From positions 1 through 21,551 of the forward strand of contig JAHLVW010000023.1 in NCBI GenBank assembly GCA_019058275.1: a stretch of DNA of 21,551 nucleotides, in the 5' to 3' direction. The position numbers were made by a program, and so were the translations under genes. The notes beneath the pieces are model-generated. The model saw nothing but the letters and a program-made list of their open reading frames with translations, made no database searches and was not told the origin of the DNA. Below are positions 17,797 through 21,551 of the stretch, piece by piece; the first letter of the stretch is position 1; each line of letters begins with the position of its first letter. The DNA comes from Candidatus Heimdallarchaeota archaeon. Its GTDB lineage: Archaea > Asgardarchaeota > Heimdallarchaeia > JABLTI01.

Positions 17797-18047
17797 TCAT
17801 TCATTATGATGAGATTTATCCATCTGAATAAATCATAATCAGAAATCCAATGTAATTGTTAGGAATGAGTGTTCCAAAAATTAGGAACAACTGATAACCT
17901 TTACTAGTTTATTTCAATATTATTCTCTTTTGAATCTATAAATAGATTTTCTAATTACTCATTGAAAATATTTAATAAATTGATATTCCATAGAAACTAA
18001 ACCATGATTTTTAAAATAAGGCTATAATAAATATCCATGAAAGAAAA

Positions 18048-18812
18048 ATGAAGATGCATAAAAAAATCAGCATAATATTGCTACTAATTATATCTGGAAC
18101 AATCATTACTAGCATGATTATCGCTAATGGTCAAACAGATCATTCGATAACTCATCAATTAGAGTCGAATTTGAAACCACCAGGTACTCTGGGTATGGAT
18201 TGGTCATTAGAGGATGTTCTTACAGACACAATAATTACATTTAGCAATTATGAGGGGAAAGTTGTTGTACTGGACTTCTGGGCTACCTGGTGTGGACCAT
18301 GTGCGGAATCCATAGCGGAACTAATAGATGTAAAAAATGAATTTAGTAGTAGTAAAGTTGTGATCATAAGTATCAATGTTGAGTCATCAGACACTGAGAC
18401 TATAATCGAGGATTATGCAAGTGAGCATAACATGAATTGGAAAATTGTTAGAGATACTGAAAATATTGCTGATTTTTATGGTGTTATTAGTATTCCTACC
18501 TTCTATATATTTGATAAAGAGTTGAAAGTTTACAAAACATATGAAGGCGTTATAGGTTCATCTTCGATGATTAGAACTATAAATGAAATTCTGGAAGAGC
18601 CAGCAACACCAACAAACACTAACAATGGAGAACCAATATCTGAGTTTTGGGCAAAGAACTGGTACTGGTTTGTAATATTAGGAATTTTCTTAATAATTTG
18701 TGCAGCGATTTTTATTCAAAGACAGCGAGTTATAAAGCAAAATAAAGAATTACAAAGACAGAAATTTGAAGAGAAGAAAAGACGCACCAGAAAAAGAAAA
18801 ATACACAAGTAA
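18048..18812 (+). CDS. TlpA/ResA-like thiol-disulfide oxidoreductase, exported and C-terminally membrane-anchored
   Basis: N-terminal signal peptide, GKVVVLDFWATWCGPC, cis-Pro motif YGVISIPT, a Pro/Thr linker, a C-terminal TM and a basic tail. Confidence 0.9.
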   Translation: MKMHKKISIILLLIISGTIITSMIIANGQTDHSITHQLESNLKPPGTLGMDWSLEDVLTDTIITFSNYEGKVVVLDFWATWCGPCAESIAELIDVKNEFSSSKVVIISINVESSDTETIIEDYASEHNMNWKIVRDTENIADFYGVISIPTFYIFDKELKVYKTYEGVIGSSSMIRTINEILEEPATPTNTNNGEPISEFWAKNWYWFVILGIFLIICAAIFIQRQRVIKQNKELQRQKFEEKKRRTRKRKIHK

Positions 18813-18860
18813 TAATTTTTAAGTGATAATTATTATCCACAACTAATAGGTGAAAATCCT

Positions 18861-19445
18861 TTGAAGAAGGAAATTATTGAATTGATAAAAGAACTAGAGA
18901 AAAAAGATGCAGAAGAACGAATACAAGGATTACCTGTTTCAGTTAGAATGAGAAATATAACACCTGATGTTGGATTATTTCTGAATATTTTAGTTAAAGC
19001 AACAAAATCTACAAGCATTCTTGAAATAGGTACTTCAAATGGTTATTCAACAATTTGGTTGGGTTTAGCTGCTAAATACAACAATGGTAAGATGCTTACA
19101 TTAGAAGTTGATCCTAGAAAGGTTACAATGGCTAAGGAAAATTTCTCTCGAGCAAATCTTGAAGACACAGTAAGTATTATTGAGGGAGATGCAAAAGAAT
19201 CAATAAAACAACTCGATAAGGAATTCGATTTTGTATTCATAGATGCAGAGAAGGAAGATTACATTGAATATTTTGACCTAGTTTTTCCAAAAGTGAAAAT
19301 TGGAGGGATAATTGTAGCTGATAATGTTGTTTCACATGCTGAACAGCTAAAAGTTTACTGCGATCATGTAAGAGCAAATCCCGACACACAAAGTGTACTT
19401 GTTCCAATTGGTCGGGGAGAAGAAGTAACATTAAAAATTCGATAA
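18861..19445 (+). CDS. SAM-dependent O-methyltransferase (CCoAOMT/YrrM-like)
   Basis: ILEIGTSNGYSTIWL, GDA, FDFVFIDAEK.DY and GG.IVADNV; TTG start. Confidence 0.92.
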   Translation: MKKEIIELIKELEKKDAEERIQGLPVSVRMRNITPDVGLFLNILVKATKSTSILEIGTSNGYSTIWLGLAAKYNNGKMLTLEVDPRKVTMAKENFSRANLEDTVSIIEGDAKESIKQLDKEFDFVFIDAEKEDYIEYFDLVFPKVKIGGIIVADNVVSHAEQLKVYCDHVRANPDTQSVLVPIGRGEEVTLKIR

Positions 19446-19529
19446 TTTCCTTTTTATTTCAAGTAAAACAATTAACTTGGTCAGAACGCTTGTCAAGACA
19501 ACATTTTTGAATGAACAAAGGGTATTTTT

Positions 19530-19572
19530 CCTATGCAAATTCGTTTCCAGCCAGGAATTGAATTCACATAGG
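19530..19572. repeat. Imperfect 13-bp inverted repeat / long hairpin upstream of the RHH gene
   Basis: CCTATGCAAATTC (19530-19542) ... GAATTCACATAGG (19560-19572). 11 of 13 pairs are Watson-Crick and the other two are G-U on the minus strand; there is an inner TTCC/GGAA stem. Confidence 0.6.
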
Positions 19573-19586
19573 AGCCCGATTATATT

Positions 19587-20141
19587 ATGTCAAAACAAAA
19601 TAAAAAGGATTCTGATGAGAAAGAAGTAATAAAAAAAGAAGAGAAAATCGATTTAAGGATCTCTTCCAGGGAAAAAGAGCTATTTAGAGAAGAAGCTAGA
19701 AAGCGAGAGATGAACCTTACAGAGTTTATTTTATCAACTATGAGATTAGAAGTTCGAGGAAAACAACGTGCTGCTGGATCAGGTGTAGATAATTTAATGC
19801 TGCAGCAGATTATTGAAAGATTAGAAAAATTAGAGAAATTGGTCCAGACTGGAAATTTGAAGATCGATACATTAAGTGATGCAGCAGAATTTGATGTAAG
19901 TGACAATGAAAAAATAACTCATGTAGAGTTTCTCTATAAATTACTGCAGCTAAAGGAATTTAGAAAGAAAACCCAGGAAGAAATTTTAAAATCAATAATT
20001 GAAAAATATCCGGATATGAAATCAGTTATTGAACCAACACCTGATAAACTCTATACCCCTTTGGACTTGGCAATTAGAAGAATAGAAAAAGAGGGATTAG
20101 TAAAAATTTCTACTAATGGAAACTTTCACTGGAAAGATTAA
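19587..20141 (+). CDS. Ribbon-helix-helix (CopG/MobC/DUF1778-like) DNA-binding protein with coiled coil and probable C-terminal winged helix
   Basis: KEEKIDLRISSREKELFREEARKREMNLTEFIL is an RHH pattern. IIERLEKLEKLV looks like a coiled coil, and LAIRRIEKEGLVKISTNGNFHW like a WH wing. Confidence 0.75.
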   Translation: MSKQNKKDSDEKEVIKKEEKIDLRISSREKELFREEARKREMNLTEFILSTMRLEVRGKQRAAGSGVDNLMLQQIIERLEKLEKLVQTGNLKIDTLSDAAEFDVSDNEKITHVEFLYKLLQLKEFRKKTQEEILKSIIEKYPDMKSVIEPTPDKLYTPLDLAIRRIEKEGLVKISTNGNFHWKD

Positions 20142-21046
20142 GCAACAATTTCTTCAGGAATCATTTTCTTATCTTTCAGTTGCTCCCTGAAGCGATCAAT
20201 TTTATCTTGTTCAGTAATTCCAAGGTATTCTTGTGTAGTGGCAATTGAACTATGACCTAGTATAAAGGAAACAGTATCAATTGATGCTCCAAGATCATAG
20301 AACATTATGCAAGCACAGGTTCGGCGTAATCTATGAGCATGAAAGTGGATATCAGTTTCATCAGTTATTTTTTTGAATTTCTTACAAAGCCATTCATAAC
20401 TAGGAGATGCTTCTGTGCGAGGAACAATTAGAAAACTTTTTTCAGTTGATCCTAATGAAAGCATCGATTCTCTAACTTCGAACCATTGTAAGAGATCAGG
20501 AATTTGAATATCTCTTATGGGAATTCTTCGTGTCTTTTTGCCTTTTCCTTTGCGAATAGTAATGAGTTTTTCATTAAAATCAAAATCAGAAATATTCAGG
20601 TTAAGCAATTCAGAAGCACGAACGCCAAAATTGATGATGAACCAACAAGCAAAGGTAAAAGTTTTGTTAAAAGCAGCTTTCTTAAACAAAAGCAAAACTT
20701 CTTTAGTTGATAACCTGGTTTTGATGGCTCCTTTCTCAAAACTAAATTGCTTGACATACTTTTGGATTCGTTTGAATTCCTTTAAAGGATAAGCATCCTC
20801 TTCATAAGCATACTCGAAAAAAAGTTGAATGGTTGAAAGATATCTCTTCACTGAAATATCTAGCAAACCACGATTAAGGCATTTCTGGGCATAAATAGCA
20901 ACATCGGTTTTAGTGAGTTCTAGTAAAGATTTTGGTTGCATGGCTTCTTGAAAAAGTTTGACATGAGATTTCCTATTAGTCAGTGAAACCTTTGAATAAG
21001 TAGCAATGCTGGCAAAGAAGCCAGCAATAAGATCAGAGTCATTCAT
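20138..21046 (-). CDS. Tyrosine recombinase / integrase (XerC/D-like fold)
   Basis: Full catalytic set: R (GVRASEL), K (RKGKGKK.R), HxxR (HRLRR), H (LGHSS) and Y (TTQEY). N-terminal SAM-like domain (SVKRYLSTIQLFFEY). Confidence 0.95.
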   Translation of the reverse strand: MNDSDLIAGFFASIATYSKVSLTNRKSHVKLFQEAMQPKSLLELTKTDVAIYAQKCLNRGLLDISVKRYLSTIQLFFEYAYEEDAYPLKEFKRIQKYVKQFSFEKGAIKTRLSTKEVLLLFKKAAFNKTFTFACWFIINFGVRASELLNLNISDFDFNEKLITIRKGKGKKTRRIPIRDIQIPDLLQWFEVRESMLSLGSTEKSFLIVPRTEASPSYEWLCKKFKKITDETDIHFHAHRLRRTCACIMFYDLGASIDTVSFILGHSSIATTQEYLGITEQDKIDRFREQLKDKKMIPEEIVA

Positions 21047-21249
21047 TGTCTCTCTTCGAGCTCCTGGACCTTTTGCTTCAGTTTTAGGATTTCTTCAGAA
21101 ATGATATCTTTCTCATAATTGTTGATCTTAAGAAGTTTCAAGACCTTAGCAAAGCGATCTTCGAGTTGAGTGATCCTGTCAACATTCTTCTGTGAAAGGT
21201 TCTCTTCTATCAGTTGATCCATCGATGATTTTGGTTTGCTCTCAGCCAA
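21043..21249 (-). CDS. Small coiled-coil protein translationally coupled to the integrase
   Basis: TTG start 9 nt after AGGAGG (21259-21264, minus strand). Its stop overlaps the integrase ATG (ATGA). Heptad-like stretches RITQLEDRF and ILKLKQKVQELEE. Confidence 0.75.
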   Translation of the reverse strand: MAESKPKSSMDQLIEENLSQKNVDRITQLEDRFAKVLKLLKINNYEKDIISEEILKLKQKVQELEERQ

Positions 21250-21550
21250 GATCTTGCTCCTCCTGAAGTTTTCTTGTTATTGATTTCAAATACTTCTTTC
21301 CATGTTCCCTAATGGTAAATTCACAAATACCGGTAATCCTAGCCATGTCTTTTTGAGAGATGAAAATCTTCTTGTAACATTTGGATTCTCCACTAAGTAG
21401 ATTGCAAATCAATCGACCAGCATAGTAAACTATTTAAGATGCCAAAGCATAGGGAGTTAATCCATATCTAGGTTGTTTCTCAGTTAAGGCAAAAATTCGA
21501 TTTGAGAATTTTGTTAATCGTTGTCTAAACTGATCTTTACCAATGCTAGA
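21242..21550 (-). pseudogene. 3' part of a TFB/TFIIB-like (cyclin-repeat) reading frame with an in-frame TAA stop; absent from the ORF track
   Basis: Manual translation from 21550: SSIGKDQFRQRLTKFSNRIFALTEKQPRYGLTPYALAS*IVYYAGRLICNLLSGESKCYKKIFISQKDMARITGICEFTIREHGKKYLKSITRKLQEEQDLG*. This fits the TFB second-repeat consensus G..P..LAAA..Y.A ... TQ..(I/V)A...GV.E.TIR. The internal TAA is at 21436-21434; the final TGA at 21244-21242 overlaps the next ORF's start region. Confidence 0.7.
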
Positions 21551-21551
21551 A

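Larger units (their letters stand above)
19446..21551. mobile_element. Left edge of a putative integrated mobile element (tyrosine-integrase type), continuing beyond the window
   Basis: Intact tyrosine recombinase, RHH regulator, small coiled-coil ORF and TFB-like frame, all with overlapping starts/stops, following housekeeping genes. The boundary is placed only by gene content; no att repeat can be confirmed. Confidence 0.6.

Noticed and set aside
17803-17889. Inverted repeats ATTATGAT/ATCATAAT (17803-17839) and TGTTCC/GGAACA (17870-17889) upstream of degV
   Set aside because: Short and in AT-rich DNA; they could be operators but cannot be distinguished from chance.
19446-19586. tRNA or tRNA-derived att site next to the integrase
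   Set aside because: No T-loop (GTTCRA) or cloverleaf is visible on either strand.
15857-20792. Remaining short ORFs (15857-16042, 16094-16315, 17102-17284, 17632-17838, 18833-19018, 19043-19240, 19237-19431, 19580-19906, 20504-20710, 20517-20792)
   Set aside because: All lie antisense to confidently called genes.
21434-21436. Stop-codon recoding or Sec/Pyl readthrough in the TFB-like frame
   Set aside because: The codon is TAA, not TGA or TAG, and TAA terminates many genes in this window.
1-21551. CRISPR arrays, rRNA genes, IS transposases
   Set aside because: None seen; the window is almost fully protein-coding with short intergenic gaps.

Overview
An AT-rich archaeal chromosomal window, most likely from an Asgard archaeon (Heimdallarchaeia-like). 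This is inferred from the archaeal ribosomal P1/L12, the RAD55/KaiC-type ATPase, the TFB-like fragment, the ~930-aa FtsX permease and the eukaryote-like proteins. From about 1 to 19445 it holds housekeeping and membrane genes: a partial S2P/M50-like membrane protein lacking its catalytic motifs, an FtsX permease, a Zn/Cd P1B-ATPase, Nnr, a class I aminotransferase, a DedA/VTT protein, DegV, a TlpA-like thioredoxin and an O-methyltransferase. The most notable part is a minus-strand cluster (8294-11507) divergent from a stand-alone ribosomal stalk gene. It encodes (i) a tandem winged-helix protein that reads like a single-chain DDRGK1(C-terminus)-UFL1(N-terminus) fusion, the scaffold of the eukaryotic UFM1 E3 ligase; (ii) a nucleotidyltransferase; (iii) a degenerate KaiC/RAD55 ATPase; and (iv) a CCDC47 (PAT complex)-like protein. 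Both eukaryotic counterparts act at the ribosome-Sec61 junction. From about 19.5 kb to the end lies the edge of a probable integrated element. It carries an RHH regulator, an intact tyrosine integrase, a small coiled-coil protein and a TFB-like reading frame, missed by the ORF track, that is interrupted by an in-frame TAA. All homology calls are by eye against remembered sequences and motifs; no searches were run.
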